A DNA stretch of 56,260 nt, the filler included, from Stramenopiles sp. TOSAG23-3 (taxonomy: Eukaryota), in assembly GCA_900128585.1 (NCBI GenBank). It is 4 parts of 4 records of this genome, joined end to end, with 100 filler letters (N's around TTAATTAATTAA, not from the genome) between each part and the next. Parts side by side here need not be neighbours in the genome. Positions count along the whole stretch, not along the records: positions 1 to 25,933 come from LT642282.1; 3 more parts are not named here. One strand, written 5' to 3'. This document shows positions 11,432 to 23,037 of the stretch, in pieces. Numbering within the stretch: position 1 is the first letter of the stretch; every line of letters starts with the position of its first letter. A program made the position numbers and the translations under genes. Below the pieces are notes generated by a model. It was given only the letters and a program-made list of their open reading frames with translations, was not told the DNA's origin and made no database searches.

Positions 11432-12790
11432 TTATTCCAACACAAAATAATCCAAAGCAAACGAAGCTATGCCCTCCTCGTTTCCTGAAAATTGAAGTCT
11501 GACGTTCAAAATATTGCCATATTGAGGAAGTTTGCAAACTTTAGCTGCGAGGCCAGCGCGTACGGTGCACGCATACTGACTATTTACTTCAACGCGGACG
11601 CTTCCAGAATTGAAGTTCCCAAGAAACCTGATCGTGGGCTTCTTGGAGGGGACCATAATATTTGGGTAAAACAGATAACTGTCGTTTTTATCGACTTTGA
11701 CATGGAACCCCTGTGAACTGACGCTGGATTCTTCCTTCAAAACACCACTTGCTTTGAAAAAGTTCTCGGCTTCGATTCTGCTTCTAGCATCGTAGCTTCC
11801 AACACCAACTTCATCAATTTTCACAGGAGCAATTGAGCCATTCTTGAAATAGTGCACGTAACCGGCGACGACATCTCTAAAATAGCTTGGATGCTTCAAG
11901 TCCGTCGAGTGGCTAATATCACAGCCAAACCAATACCACTGGTTATGAAGGTGCAGGAAACTACCGTGCCTGTTCTGGGTGTCCGGATTTTTCCACCATG
12001 GGGCCGACTTGTTGTAAGCCGATGGTTTTGATCGAAACCGCGGGCTAATTGCCTCCGTTGCAACAAAACTACCGACGAAATTATAGGGGCCGTATGGACC
12101 GCTTTCACTAATGCTATAAAACGATCCGTACGACAAATAGAAACTCCCATCGTGCACATGAAGAAATGGTTTATCATCAGTTTTTCCTGGTCCGTAATTG
12201 CCTAAAGCATTGCGGACTTGGACGAGCCGGGGATGTTCCGCAAGGGACATCATGTCCTCCCCCAACTCGGCAATGTAGTACGTAAATGTCCCAAAAATAA
12301 TATAGCGTTTTCCTCGGTACGCTAAGATCGAAGGGTCCCTTATTTGGGTTTTTAGCTCATCTCCTAGTTCAGCCGACAGTAGCGGTCTCTTCAGTACATC
12401 ATTCCAAGGACCCGCAGGATCTCTTTCACTCTTTAAAACAGCAACCGAAGTCGGGCCAACGGATAAGTACCAAAAATAATTGCCCGCTTTTTCTCCTGCG
12501 TCGGTGGCCCAGCACGAGTGGCGGGTCGAAACGTTCGTCCACTTCATAGAAACACTAGGGTTCAGCACACTCACTTTCTCGTACGATAATAAATCTGTAG
12601 TTTTCCAAATCCACCAATCGTCCATTCGGTAATCCGTGTTCAGATTTGAGTAGTCATGCGTCGCATAAATATAAACAGAATCGCCAAAGGCACGTGCGTG
12701 AGGATCAGCCATACCCACATTTGAAACTATTGGGTTTCTTGCCCCCGCACAAACCCAGAACACGAATAGAAGTGCCACACGAAAAAACAT
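11432..12790 (-). CDS. Secreted glycoside hydrolase family 43 with C-terminal CBM6-like module
   Basis: Signal peptide MFFRVALLFVFWVCAGA. GH43 motifs NPIV...ADPH, YIYATHD, WATD, IRDPSI and NRHGSF. C-terminal IEAENF beta-sandwich start. Confidence 0.85.
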   Translation of the reverse strand: MFFRVALLFVFWVCAGARNPIVSNVGMADPHARAFGDSVYIYATHDYSNLNTDYRMDDWWIWKTTDLLSYEKVSVLNPSVSMKWTNVSTRHSCWATDAGEKAGNYFWYLSVGPTSVAVLKSERDPAGPWNDVLKRPLLSAELGDELKTQIRDPSILAYRGKRYIIFGTFTYYIAELGEDMMSLAEHPRLVQVRNALGNYGPGKTDDKPFLHVHDGSFYLSYGSFYSISESGPYGPYNFVGSFVATEAISPRFRSKPSAYNKSAPWWKNPDTQNRHGSFLHLHNQWYWFGCDISHSTDLKHPSYFRDVVAGYVHYFKNGSIAPVKIDEVGVGSYDARSRIEAENFFKASGVLKEESSVSSQGFHVKVDKNDSYLFYPNIMVPSKKPTIRFLGNFNSGSVRVEVNSQYACTVRAGLAAKVCKLPQYGNILNVRLQFSGNEEGIASFALDYFVLE

Positions 12791-13384
12791 TTTGTCGACG
12801 AAATAATTAAGTGTCAGTTTTCGAGTCCGCTGTGATATTGTCCAGCCTTCTGGCTTTGAATAGTGCCCCTTCGTTTAAAATGCGGCACCGCCGGACTTTT
12901 TGGTTTACACAAGGGGGAAAGAGAAAAAAAGAAGAAAATATAGTCGTCAATATTAATATTACTGTAATAAAAAAAAAATTATTATTATTATATTATTAAT
13001 ATTATTATTTTTTTCTTCTTCTTCTTCTTGCTTCTTTCGTCGTCGCGTCGATCGGGGGGGGGACGACTGAGTAATTATTATCGTACGGTACAGGTACCTG
13101 TACCTATATTGGCAATTTTACCCGTACGTTACCTGTATAATATTAATACCACAGTGTCAATAAAATTCTACGGTATCTCTTTACTTTTTTTCTGAAGTAG
13201 TAGTAGTGTTAAATACAACAATATTTAATACCTAGTAATGATGGTGCCGGGTACTAATCAGAAGAAGTTCGATACCGAGGAGTACCGACCGGTACGGAAC
13301 GGGACTACGAGTACGACCGTCGCGTGCAAAAATGAAACACGCAATTATTTTAAATTAACCACTAAACCTATTATAGAATATATA

Positions 13385-15289
13385 TCAAAGGAAGCTGGGA
13401 TCGCTCTTCCCGCGACTGACCTGATGCTCTGGGCGCACAGCTCCCCACGGCGCCGGCAAAGACCCTATCACCGGGTCAAACATTGTGCTATTCGACCTCC
13501 CGCCCGTAGACTGAAAAGGGGGGCTTAGAGGGACAACAAGTTTCCCGTAGTGCCGTTTCGCATTAAATGGGGATCCTATCGCCATACGAACAGGTACTTC
13601 ACCGCTACTCTCGACGGAAGATAGAGAGCCATGGGCTGAAATTCTTGAATTTGCACTCTGGACCCGCGACCATGACAGTGCTTGAGGGGAAGGCTCCATT
13701 GGTTCCCAACCTTCCGCGTCTGGGCCTTCAATGGGCATTGTGGCCGAGTTATCTTTTGCACCTTCCAACCCTTCGTTTCCAATGCTAAACGCCCCGGTTA
13801 ACCTTGGAATAGAGATAGGACGGCTTTGAGAGCTTGAAGCGGATTTTACGCGGCGGTCGCCAGGGTAGACTCCTCCCCACGGCTGCATCCTACCATAATG
13901 CTGTTCGACAGGTGTTTGGGAGTTCAAACGCCTGCTAGATACCGGCTCCCCGAAACCTGGGTGTTCAAGAGCGCTGCTAGTGCTGGGTTGGTAAGAAAGG
14001 CTGGAGTTATTGAATTGGTTCTTAATTGCAGAATTACGTGAGCCATTACCGCCTTGATCGAGGGTTACTGAGTTCATGATTTCGCTTGAATTCAAATACC
14101 GAGCTCTCTCTTCTGCGAACTCGTCATCATCGTACAGTGTGAATCCATCAACGCAGATACTGGACGTGTTCAACACGCCCCTTTTCAAGGTTTTCCCAGT
14201 GTTTCCTTTCTTACCCAACTTTGGTAAGTACGTATCCCTTGATCGACCGTATTTATCTACAATTTTGGCCATTACAAACCCAGGTTTTGACGTTGTTCTA
14301 AGTATTGTCTTTGACGACTTGATCTTATGCAACCGATAGCTTTCTTTCGAGTAATTTTTTTGCAGCAATTTGTCTACATTTCGTTTGGTGCGCTGAAACT
14401 TCAATTGCTTTTCTTTCTTTTGGCGGTTATGAAACAGGTTCAAGCGGTTCTTAAGGTACCTTCGATGGCGCCGCAGCTGATCGGCATCGTTCGCCGCTTG
14501 CCGATACTGTTGCATCTTTACATGCCTGACCTTTTCTTCTGCAACTTGCTGGCTAATCATATTCACGCTGTTGCTCAACAGTGTCGCAACCGATCTATTC
14601 TGTGCTAGCCTTTCCCTCCGCCGACATTTTTGAAGTCGGTGCGCTCGAATCTTTTCCCTCTTTTCACTAAGCGTTTGGTACATATCAGGGTGAGATGCTT
14701 CTGCAACTACTTTACACTCTTTTCTAGTTCTATACAACCTTTCAAAATTGGGCTTAATGCGATTATTTACATCCCGCATTGATCTATTTGTAATTCTAAC
14801 GCTGGCAATCACCTCGTTCGTGTCTTCCGGAAGTTGCGGGATTTGGCTACTTCTCATTTCTTGCGGGCTCGCCAAAGACTCGTCATAAGCATATCTTCCC
14901 GCTTGCGTGTTCATTTGGGACAACATTGCAAAAGGTTTTTTAGGCTTGCTTTTGCTTTTAGAGCTTTGCAGATGCCCTGGTAAAATCGCAGAACCGCCAG
15001 GGTGGTACGGATTTTCGCCGTCCGAACTTGATGAAGATAATTTTTTCGACGTAGGCAAATTAATAAGACTGGGGCTACTTCTATAGTTTCGGGCTTTTCC
15101 CTGGGCTTCTTGCCCTTTTAACATTTTGCCGACAGACCGACTGACGCATTTAGCAATTGTTGACACTGTTGCGCTGCCTTCATGCAGTAAACTTCTTGTC
15201 TGTTCATTTACTTCATACCGTATTCTATTAGTCCCGCCTTCTAAAGAAATGTCCTGTCTTGACGGTGGACGGTAACCGCTGGCCCTCAT
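13385..15289 (-). CDS. Hypothetical protein, low-complexity with basic coiled-coil middle
   Basis: Long uninterrupted ORF of about 634 aa from ATG 15289 with coding-like GC. No recognisable domain. Confidence 0.7.
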   Translation of the reverse strand: MRASGYRPPSRQDISLEGGTNRIRYEVNEQTRSLLHEGSATVSTIAKCVSRSVGKMLKGQEAQGKARNYRSSPSLINLPTSKKLSSSSSDGENPYHPGGSAILPGHLQSSKSKSKPKKPFAMLSQMNTQAGRYAYDESLASPQEMRSSQIPQLPEDTNEVIASVRITNRSMRDVNNRIKPNFERLYRTRKECKVVAEASHPDMYQTLSEKREKIRAHRLQKCRRRERLAQNRSVATLLSNSVNMISQQVAEEKVRHVKMQQYRQAANDADQLRRHRRYLKNRLNLFHNRQKKEKQLKFQRTKRNVDKLLQKNYSKESYRLHKIKSSKTILRTTSKPGFVMAKIVDKYGRSRDTYLPKLGKKGNTGKTLKRGVLNTSSICVDGFTLYDDDEFAEERARYLNSSEIMNSVTLDQGGNGSRNSAIKNQFNNSSLSYQPSTSSALEHPGFGEPVSSRRLNSQTPVEQHYGRMQPWGGVYPGDRRVKSASSSQSRPISIPRLTGAFSIGNEGLEGAKDNSATMPIEGPDAEGWEPMEPSPQALSWSRVQSANSRISAHGSLSSVESSGEVPVRMAIGSPFNAKRHYGKLVVPLSPPFQSTGGRSNSTMFDPVIGSLPAPWGAVRPEHQVSRGKSDPSFL

Positions 15290-15320
15290 ATTCAAGTGCG
15301 AAGAAAACGCTCGTTTGGAT

Positions 15321-15323
<3 letters not shown>

Positions 15324-15352
<29 letters not shown>
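15324..15352. repeat. (CT)n microsatellite
   Basis: Directly visible dinucleotide run just upstream of the 15289 ORF. Confidence 0.9.
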
Positions 15353-15969
15353 AAATCAATTTCAGAACCAAATGTAACAAATTGTGTAATTTAACACGCA
15401 TAAGATAATTAAATATCATTTACAAAGGACCGTCCGCTTCTTCGAGAAACGAAAATTGTCGATCGTATTTGCCTTTGATCGTTGGTGACAGTACGAGGTA
15501 TGCTTGAAGCTTCCAATTACTTCGTATTTTTTATTATTAATAATAATATAATAATAATAAATAGACGACTAATAAATAATAATAATAATATTTTTTTATT
15601 TTTATTGAACCACCAACAAGGAAGAAGAAGAGAAGAAAAAGAAGAAGAAGAAGAAGGGTGGTGGTGAGATGGCCGACGATTCTTAAATTAAGGGAATAAT
15701 TTTATAATATTCTATCGCTTCGCGAGTATGTATTTATTATATCTATTCAGTATTACGAAGAGATGTGCATATTTATCACAAAATTGTATACCTTAATTAT
15801 AGAAGAGACTGTAACGTCTACAACATTACTACAGCATGGGCAAAAGAAATAGATCCGTTTTTGGGTTGAAAAGCAACTTCAGGTTTTTGTTGTTTCAAAT
15901 GTTATTTATTTTCCTTAAATTTGATATTGTAGACACATTTATAATTTAACTCTTCTGATATTTTGTGGG

Positions 15970-17094
15970 CTATGGGCATTGCTCTATGTTGTATCTGGCA
16001 GGGCCTGGAACGCTTTTGGCTCGGTATATAATCCATTCCAATTCTGTTTTAGGGTTTGCATCGGAGAACTTAACACCACCGTCTAAGTTAAGAGAGGACT
16101 TTAACTTGTACTCGGCAGGACCCGGGGTCTTTTTGGAATTATAAATTATCCAGTCCACGTCGCTCTTGGGGTTTGCATCAGAGAATTTAATGCCTTTGTT
16201 AGGCTCGACAAGTTTTGGTCTGTAATGGCTGGGCCCCGGAATTTGCTTTGATCGGTATATGATCCATTCCACGTCACTTTTTGGCCTTGAATTGCTGAAT
16301 CGTCCGCCTTGACTACCTTTCCAGCGCCCACTGGCTTCGCATAAAATGTTTGAAGGCGGTGGCGGCGGCATTTTTTTTCGGGGGGCGGACAGTCTGGCAA
16401 GGGTTGACTTGGACATGAATGGGGGAGGGTCAACATGATCGATAAAGTTGAACAACTTTTTTCCCTTCCTCCTCGATGCCCTCGATCCTTGAGAAGTTCT
16501 TGACGACCGAGAACGAGAGGTTCCCAACCGCTTGTGTTTTGCCGCAGTTTCAAACGAGGCTGCTGAACGATGCTGCCATTTTTCCTCGTATTTCAACATT
16601 TCTTTTATTGATGAACTATTGCTTCGCCTTTTTCTAGTACTTTGGCGGCTTTGGGATCTACGAATGCTTCCTCTATTTTTTTGCTTGATAGGCGACAACT
16701 GAAAGTCTCTTTGCTTTTTTGCCCGAGACATCCCACTCGGTGCTGTAGAGGATCTAGCCATTGGATTACTTAATGTTCTCAACTTTCCTTCGTCTTTTAC
16801 GCTATGCGATATGTGCAATGGCTTTCCCACGCATAATTTGTAGGCAACTTCAGCGAGGTCCCAATTATAGTTTTCGACAGCAACCCTTCCCAGCTTCTTC
16901 GCCTCGGCCGGCGTCAAGTCTAGCTTCGCGACCGTCTCCAAATCCTTCGGTGTTGTATTTCTAAAGCTTTGCAAGCAGTATTTTTTCAGTAGGTGTTTTT
17001 TAGTTTTTTCTGTCATTCCATTACCATGAGAGGTTTCGGGGTCAGACGGTGTCGACTCCCCTGGCCGCAAGATCTTGCCCGAGCTGTTTGACAT
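15970..17094 (-). CDS. PGP/SHIPPO-type repeat protein (probable ciliary microtubule-associated)
   Basis: Three ~38-aa repeats [RK]FS..[RN]PK....WIIY..K..PGP..Y at the C-terminus. Confidence 0.75.
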   Translation of the reverse strand: MSNSSGKILRPGESTPSDPETSHGNGMTEKTKKHLLKKYCLQSFRNTTPKDLETVAKLDLTPAEAKKLGRVAVENYNWDLAEVAYKLCVGKPLHISHSVKDEGKLRTLSNPMARSSTAPSGMSRAKKQRDFQLSPIKQKNRGSIRRSQSRQSTRKRRSNSSSIKEMLKYEEKWQHRSAASFETAAKHKRLGTSRSRSSRTSQGSRASRRKGKKLFNFIDHVDPPPFMSKSTLARLSAPRKKMPPPPPSNILCEASGRWKGSQGGRFSNSRPKSDVEWIIYRSKQIPGPSHYRPKLVEPNKGIKFSDANPKSDVDWIIYNSKKTPGPAEYKLKSSLNLDGGVKFSDANPKTELEWIIYRAKSVPGPARYNIEQCP

Positions 17095-17863
17095 GCTTTT
17101 ATGTAAAGGCTAGATCAGTTGCAAAAAATGTGTCAAGTGAGAACGTCTGGATGAGCGCACGTGTCTAGGCGGTGCAAGTCCAGGTAAATATAACAGTCTC
17201 CCCTGGATCACCAAACTGCACTTGATCTTGTTTATGAGGCAAAGTTACGAATGTGGAAAGTGGCACGTTTCTTAATAAGTAGAAAGGTCAGGTCACCACC
17301 CAGCGACATTAAAACCAGCCGGGGGGATTCTCCAATTATACAAAACGAGAAGACGACTATTAGAAATAAAAACTAAGCAAATAATATAATTAATAGTCGT
17401 TCTTCTAGGAAATATTTAATACCAGTACCCTGTATTAATAATACCGTAAGGTTAAGCACGTAACGAATAAGAAGGTTGAACCAATTAAGCGAATAAGGTT
17501 GTAATACGAAGTAAATTATTCCCCTAATTAATAAAGTCTACTCCGCTTCGATTTTGCCTTTTTTTTGCTACTGCTACTACCGGTATTAATATAATCTACA
17601 TTATACCTGTAGCGGTTTCTTCCCCTCCTTCTCCCCTCCTCCCACCACCTCCCACGTGATTTTTTTCAGTATATTATATATTATATTATTATTGCATCTC
17701 GACGAGACACACGTTCCAGGAGCATTGGTTCTGACTTTCGTCAAATCAAGTTAAAGATTTTCATGCGCCTGTTCCATCGGTAGCTCAAAAACTCAAGTAG
17801 CGTTTCCGAGCACCTTGGCACTTAACCTCAAAGCCGGACACTGTAATATAGCCCAACGTACTA

Positions 17864-20800
17864 ATGTCCTTGGAAGGTATACGCGGCGCTCCTGGTGAAT
17901 TCGCGGACGAACTCCCGGGCACAAAACATCACCGCCACAAGCACCGTGACAACGCTGATGCCGAAAGCTTGGAGCTTGCCCGTATCTCTAAATTACGACG
18001 TCATGAACAGCATGTTTTGAAGTCTAAACAAAAGAAGACTAGAAAGCGACAGAAAGAGTTGTACAAGGTTGTTACCGCGCAAGACGTTGCTCCTGCGACT
18101 GGCCGGTCCCTGGCTATGCAGGTTGTCGCGAACACGGCAAAAGCGGCTTTGGAGGGCGACCATCACGTCCACAATGGTGAAGATAGTGATAGCGACAAGG
18201 GCTTTAAACCCTCTGGTAGAAGGCCACTGCCTGACTTGCCTAACTCCTTGGACCCTAAGAATTCTCCGTGGGGTTTTACAATAGGCTTGCTGGTTGCAAC
18301 GAAAAAGTTTCTGCTTACTCAACAGATGAAGCTAGTAATAACCAAAGTAAAGGGGGGGCAATTGGTATTTTCTCTGATCGACCCCCAGTTTCGAGAATTC
18401 GGTCTACTGCGCACAGAATTGCAAATTTTTGAATTATTCTCTTTGCGAGAACAACACCGAGTGAAGCAGCTGGAAAGGGAGAAGAAAATTAAATTGATAG
18501 TGGACTGTGTGAACTTTAGTATAATAAAAGGAAGAAAGACGATGTGTTTAACCTTGCCCTCGGTCGCCTCCAGGAACCTCCACTTTATGGGAACGTCCGA
18601 CAATTTTGACAAGAAAGAGGAGCGGAAGATAGTAAAGGTTAAATTGAAGTTTAAGGCGGCAATCAGAAGCATGAGCAGCTCGAAAGATTTGTTCGAGAAA
18701 GCACGGGCAAAGTCGCACCTGCAGTTTCTGCTTGAACATTCTTCGAGGGTGCACGGCGACACCGTTGATATCGAGCCAGCCCGGTTGCCGGTGAGCATTG
18801 GAGGTTCGAAATTTGTTTGCAACATGAAGCTTGTGAGGGGGGAGTTAGATATCGCAGCCGTAGATTCAACTAACAATGTGTGGCTGCTCTGCGCGCCACT
18901 GCGAGACGTTCTTGCTCTCGCAGTGGAGCAAAAAATCCTGCAAATTGACCCGCCCGTTATCCTTAGCAAAGCAGAAATTTTCACGATGGTGGCAGACCAA
19001 ATGCTCTCGTTTGACAAATATTCGGACGGGATCGGGGCGGGCATCAGATTCAAACACGAAGGCGCAGAGAGTACCATGGACAATGAGAGCAACGCGACGC
19101 TAGACATTAAAATCGAAGAAAAGACTTCTCACAAGGGACACAGCGGGTGGATGAAAGCTAAGTTGGTCGCAAATAAAATTAATGAAAGCAAATACGCCAA
19201 CATGATCCGTAGCGAGCCATTCAATCCTGCCGGGTACGTGGCTTTGGGTAAAATGAGGCTGAAACGGGGCCAACGGCGTAAGGGGCTTGCGTTGATACAG
19301 GCCGCGCTCCGATTACCGCACGTTGATTTGCAAAAGAAACCATTCGATGGGCTTTTCTGGAAAATGTTTGTGAACGTCCTGTATCGGCCTCGGCCTGGAG
19401 CGATACTGGATGACGTGGACTTGGACGAGGCAAAAAACGCATTCGTGTATTCTCTTCGATTTTTCCAGAACTTGACCAATCCCGATTACCTGTTGATGGG
19501 AGGGAAAATCATGGAAGAACGTGGAGACATAACAAACGCACTGCAAGTGTACTCAAAAGTCATTCAAAACTTTCCTTCGTATGAGAAATTGACGGAAGTC
19601 GTGTTCAGAGCGGCAACGTGCTCTTTGCACAACGGAAGCTTCAAGCAAAGCGCATCGTACTTTGAGTACATTTTGATGGACCCCCTCCCGCCCTACACGA
19701 AACTGGAACTTATCCTGCTAGCATCGTCCTGCCTGTGCCTGGACGGCCAGTCGCAAATTGGGAACAACGGATACAAGCATGTGTTCCAAGAAATGAGAAG
19801 GAAGCATGGAAAGTCGAGCGTGTACAACTTTCAAGGGTGGGAAGAATGGGCAGGCTGCCGTGACGTATGGCTGGATTTGATAAAGAAGAGCACTGCAAAC
19901 AAGCACTGGCTTTTGGCAAATGATTTGTACAGAAAGTCCATGTCATTTCCACCCGCATTGGGCAAGGTGAGCAATTTAAGTGAAGCAAATTTGTGGTGGA
20001 GCGCCGCGCAGACGGCGTACAAAAGCAGGGACATGCACTTTGCCCTCGAGTGCTGCAGGACGTCACTGCAGTACGACTCGTCCAATGCGGCCGCCATCGA
20101 GGCCGGGAGGATATGGACGCGGGGAAGATCAGGCACGCCGCACCACGATTCTCACGATGTCAAATACAACGTTCTTGAAGAATTTTTTGATCCGTTAGAG
20201 ATGCCCGTATCGATAAAGTCGGGACGAGCACACGTTAGGTTAAAATTTCCACCGAAAAACATGAAACGGCCCTCGACCTCCCCGGATACAAGACGAAATC
20301 AAGAGAAATTGATTGGGATTGGTTCGTCTACGACCACCCACATCCACGCTGGGTACCGACACAACTTTCGCCCATTGTCTGCTTCTGAAAATCACATCGT
20401 CCAGAGGCTTTTTGAAGGTGCAAGTCATAACCGGTTTGACAGGATCGTAAAAAAGCAGCTCCAGACGCAAAAGGCGAAATTCGAGCAAATACTTTCTTGT
20501 GCCCTTGAAGTGAAAACCCACTCGTGGGGTGCGGGCGAGTCGCGCCGATCGTTTTCTGGCACGTCCAGCCTCGGCGGACGCCCGCATACCACAATGGGCA
20601 GAACGCGACAAACGTCAAGGGATTCGGGCAGGCAATCGCAGAGACCCAAGACTGCCGAAGCCACCAGCAGACTATCGCCGATCGAGGGCGTCATGTCTCC
20701 AGAGGAGAGCGCATCCCCTTCGAAAGCTTTTGGGAGAGAGAAGATGAGAAAGGTCGATCTGTGGGGCTACGGTCCGAACACAACGGGCACTAACTCAGCA

Positions 20801-21175
20801 ACTAGCACCGGGACAAGCAGCAATGCGAAGTCAAAACAATCGCGAAGGAAGTCGGCGCGCGAAACAAAGTCTTCCTCATCAACCAATCTTCACTCGGTGT
20901 CGAAGGAGCTCAAGAAGGGCAAATCGAAACGGCCCATTCGTCGCCGAAGAAAGAAGACCAAGCGGAGAATTCTGGCGAGCTCTCTGGGAGTCCCCGTCGC
21001 GTACACGAAGGGGTCCGTCTCTGGCATTATCCCCGACAGCGTGTTTGCAAAACCAAACGTATCGATCACGCAGCAGCGGGAAGCAGAGGTAAAATTTTTC
21101 AAGCGTCTGAACCGACAGTCAAGAGAAAAGCGGAAAATGGCTCTGAACTATTTAAAGACAATACCGAAAGACTGA
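17864..21175 (+). CDS. Large protein with central TPR-like helical repeats and basic disordered tail
   Basis: 1103-aa ORF. TPR-like segments (YLLMGGKIMEERGDITNALQVYSKVIQNFPSY; LWWSAAQTAYKSRDMHFALECCRTSLQYDSSN). Confidence 0.75.
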   Translation: MSLEGIRGAPGEFADELPGTKHHRHKHRDNADAESLELARISKLRRHEQHVLKSKQKKTRKRQKELYKVVTAQDVAPATGRSLAMQVVANTAKAALEGDHHVHNGEDSDSDKGFKPSGRRPLPDLPNSLDPKNSPWGFTIGLLVATKKFLLTQQMKLVITKVKGGQLVFSLIDPQFREFGLLRTELQIFELFSLREQHRVKQLEREKKIKLIVDCVNFSIIKGRKTMCLTLPSVASRNLHFMGTSDNFDKKEERKIVKVKLKFKAAIRSMSSSKDLFEKARAKSHLQFLLEHSSRVHGDTVDIEPARLPVSIGGSKFVCNMKLVRGELDIAAVDSTNNVWLLCAPLRDVLALAVEQKILQIDPPVILSKAEIFTMVADQMLSFDKYSDGIGAGIRFKHEGAESTMDNESNATLDIKIEEKTSHKGHSGWMKAKLVANKINESKYANMIRSEPFNPAGYVALGKMRLKRGQRRKGLALIQAALRLPHVDLQKKPFDGLFWKMFVNVLYRPRPGAILDDVDLDEAKNAFVYSLRFFQNLTNPDYLLMGGKIMEERGDITNALQVYSKVIQNFPSYEKLTEVVFRAATCSLHNGSFKQSASYFEYILMDPLPPYTKLELILLASSCLCLDGQSQIGNNGYKHVFQEMRRKHGKSSVYNFQGWEEWAGCRDVWLDLIKKSTANKHWLLANDLYRKSMSFPPALGKVSNLSEANLWWSAAQTAYKSRDMHFALECCRTSLQYDSSNAAAIEAGRIWTRGRSGTPHHDSHDVKYNVLEEFFDPLEMPVSIKSGRAHVRLKFPPKNMKRPSTSPDTRRNQEKLIGIGSSTTTHIHAGYRHNFRPLSASENHIVQRLFEGASHNRFDRIVKKQLQTQKAKFEQILSCALEVKTHSWGAGESRRSFSGTSSLGGRPHTTMGRTRQTSRDSGRQSQRPKTAEATSRLSPIEGVMSPEESASPSKAFGREKMRKVDLWGYGPNTTGTNSATSTGTSSNAKSKQSRRKSARETKSSSSTNLHSVSKELKKGKSKRPIRRRRKKTKRRILASSLGVPVAYTKGSVSGIIPDSVFAKPNVSITQQREAEVKFFKRLNRQSREKRKMALNYLKTIPKD

Positions 21176-21240
21176 GAGGACGGTGGGAATTAATTGTGAG
21201 TGGGCTGCCAACCGAGCCCCCAAAAATAAAATAAAAAAAT

Positions 21241-21750
21241 ACCAAGATTTACTAAGAAAGATGCCTGTGCTATTCCTATGTAATTCGTACCATTTTTGTA
21301 AAAAAGTAAAAAGACGACCGTCGTAGTTTTTCTTGAAGTAAAAGGCCATACTGTTCACCTGTTTAATAAAGTGTTCAATGTCCTTGGCGCGAAAAAAAAT
21401 CCGACTCGATTTTCAAAGTATGGAAGCGTTCGGACAGAAAATGGCCCTCCATTGACTTGGAATTACGGTTCCTAGGGACAATTTTTTGTGAAATGGACGA
21501 TTTGGACCAAATATCGCCGGGACAAACACTTATTCATTTGTGGGATTGGGAAAACAAGTCATGGGGTCACAACATAATATATCTAAAAGGGCATTTGACT
21601 GTTTAAAATCATGAAAATTATCTTTTTTTCATAAAGATCTCTTCGTTTCAAATAGTTAACACAAAGTGGTTTGCCATTTTTCAATTCTGCGCCAAAGATA
21701 CTCGTCAATCGCAAAGCCACGGTCTTTGTTTTTACTTATGCTGTGTTAAT
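21241..21750. repeat. Dispersed repeat family B, copy 1
   Basis: Colinear reverse-complement similarity to about 50300-50880. Shared blocks include AATGTCCTTGGCGCGAAAAAAAATCCGAC, GGGACAATTTTTTGTGAAATGGA, TTTTTTCATAAAGATCTCTTC and AGATACTCGTCAAT. Confidence 0.85.
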
Positions 21751-21822
21751 ATAAATAAAATACATATACACAGCATTTAATACATTTCTTATTTCTGATT
21801 GCTATTTCCTCACTCGTCACCG

Positions 21823-23037
21823 TCACAAGGATTTGGCGTACATTTCAGATTTGACAGCAGCAGACCGCTCTTCGACGGCGTTTGCCCGTGGGGCGCGGTT
21901 TGCACCTGGAATCATCCTTGACCCGCTCGACGTCATTACGACTGTATTGTATTTGTTACGGAAATTCTTCTTTTCCCCTAGCGACCGCAACGCAAAGTAA
22001 TACTTTGCATACACGCTCCCAGATATAAAAAGGCTATACCGCAGATATTTCAAAAATGCCCGTTCTAGTTTGTTGATGCTCTTCAAAGGAAAATCGGGCA
22101 GGACACTAGCAAACTCGACGTTCCAACAATTCAAGTCTTGCCAAACCTTCGAGGCGAGAAGCAGCCCACACAGCATAATGGGCCTCCAATTGTTCGCGAG
22201 CAAGTCGATGCCGGCGGTTTCCATGAGCCTCTCTACATATACAAGGCAGACGACACTACACTCGGCACTTAATTGGCATTTAACAAATATGCCTTTCAAA
22301 AATTGATAGATTTTTTCCGTATTCGGAACATCACAAACGGGATTGACCTTCTCGAGACTGTAAGACGTCACAAACAAACTGGTGGTTTCTATGAACGAAT
22401 ACTTCCACCTTGGCTTGCAGTAAAGGACTTCGTTGAAATCTGCAGTTGCTTGCAAGGCGTACTCCCTCGCCATTGTTGCATCTTCATCGTACTCGCCGAC
22501 ATACGAAGCCTGCCCTTCCTCGTTCAAACTGGTCTTCTCGTTCCCTACACTACCGCTAACCCCCGGCTGCGTCCGGTACCCGTTCAGACTGCCGTTGCCG
22601 CTCTTTTCCAGCGGCGGCGGCGCTGCGATTGCTGCAGCTTCCAACCTTTTCATTTTTGCAATGTCTCGTCGCTTTTGCCTTTCACCCCGAGCCACGTGCT
22701 GCTGAACCACAACGCTGACGCGCCTGAGAGTATCGTCATAATTCAAGTCCACCACCGAGGACGACCCTGGAGCCAAGATCGAGTCCTCCCGTTTGAAGCT
22801 GCTGGGCTTTCGATATTGTATCTTCTTATAGTTCGACTCCACGGGGGCAAATACTTCATCAGTAGACATAAAACGTTGCGATATATAGGATTCTTCGCCA
22901 TCCTTCTCTTGACCCAAGTCTGCATCGATCTCTGCAAAAGTAACCCTTTTTTTTTTGTCGTCCGACTTCTTGATAGACATGGGGGAGATCTTTTTGTCCA
23001 CCCCGTTGACGGGTGATTCCAGGAGAGTCCCTGACAT
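21823..23037 (-). CDS. CCNY: Cyclin Y-like cyclin
   Basis: Cyclin box QLSAEC...LVYVERL...NWRPI...LLLASKVWQD...WNVEF...INKLER.FL..L.Y and SVYAKYYFALRSL. Confidence 0.9.
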   Translation of the reverse strand: MSGTLLESPVNGVDKKISPMSIKKSDDKKKRVTFAEIDADLGQEKDGEESYISQRFMSTDEVFAPVESNYKKIQYRKPSSFKREDSILAPGSSSVVDLNYDDTLRRVSVVVQQHVARGERQKRRDIAKMKRLEAAAIAAPPPLEKSGNGSLNGYRTQPGVSGSVGNEKTSLNEEGQASYVGEYDEDATMAREYALQATADFNEVLYCKPRWKYSFIETTSLFVTSYSLEKVNPVCDVPNTEKIYQFLKGIFVKCQLSAECSVVCLVYVERLMETAGIDLLANNWRPIMLCGLLLASKVWQDLNCWNVEFASVLPDFPLKSINKLERAFLKYLRYSLFISGSVYAKYYFALRSLGEKKNFRNKYNTVVMTSSGSRMIPGANRAPRANAVEERSAAVKSEMYAKSL

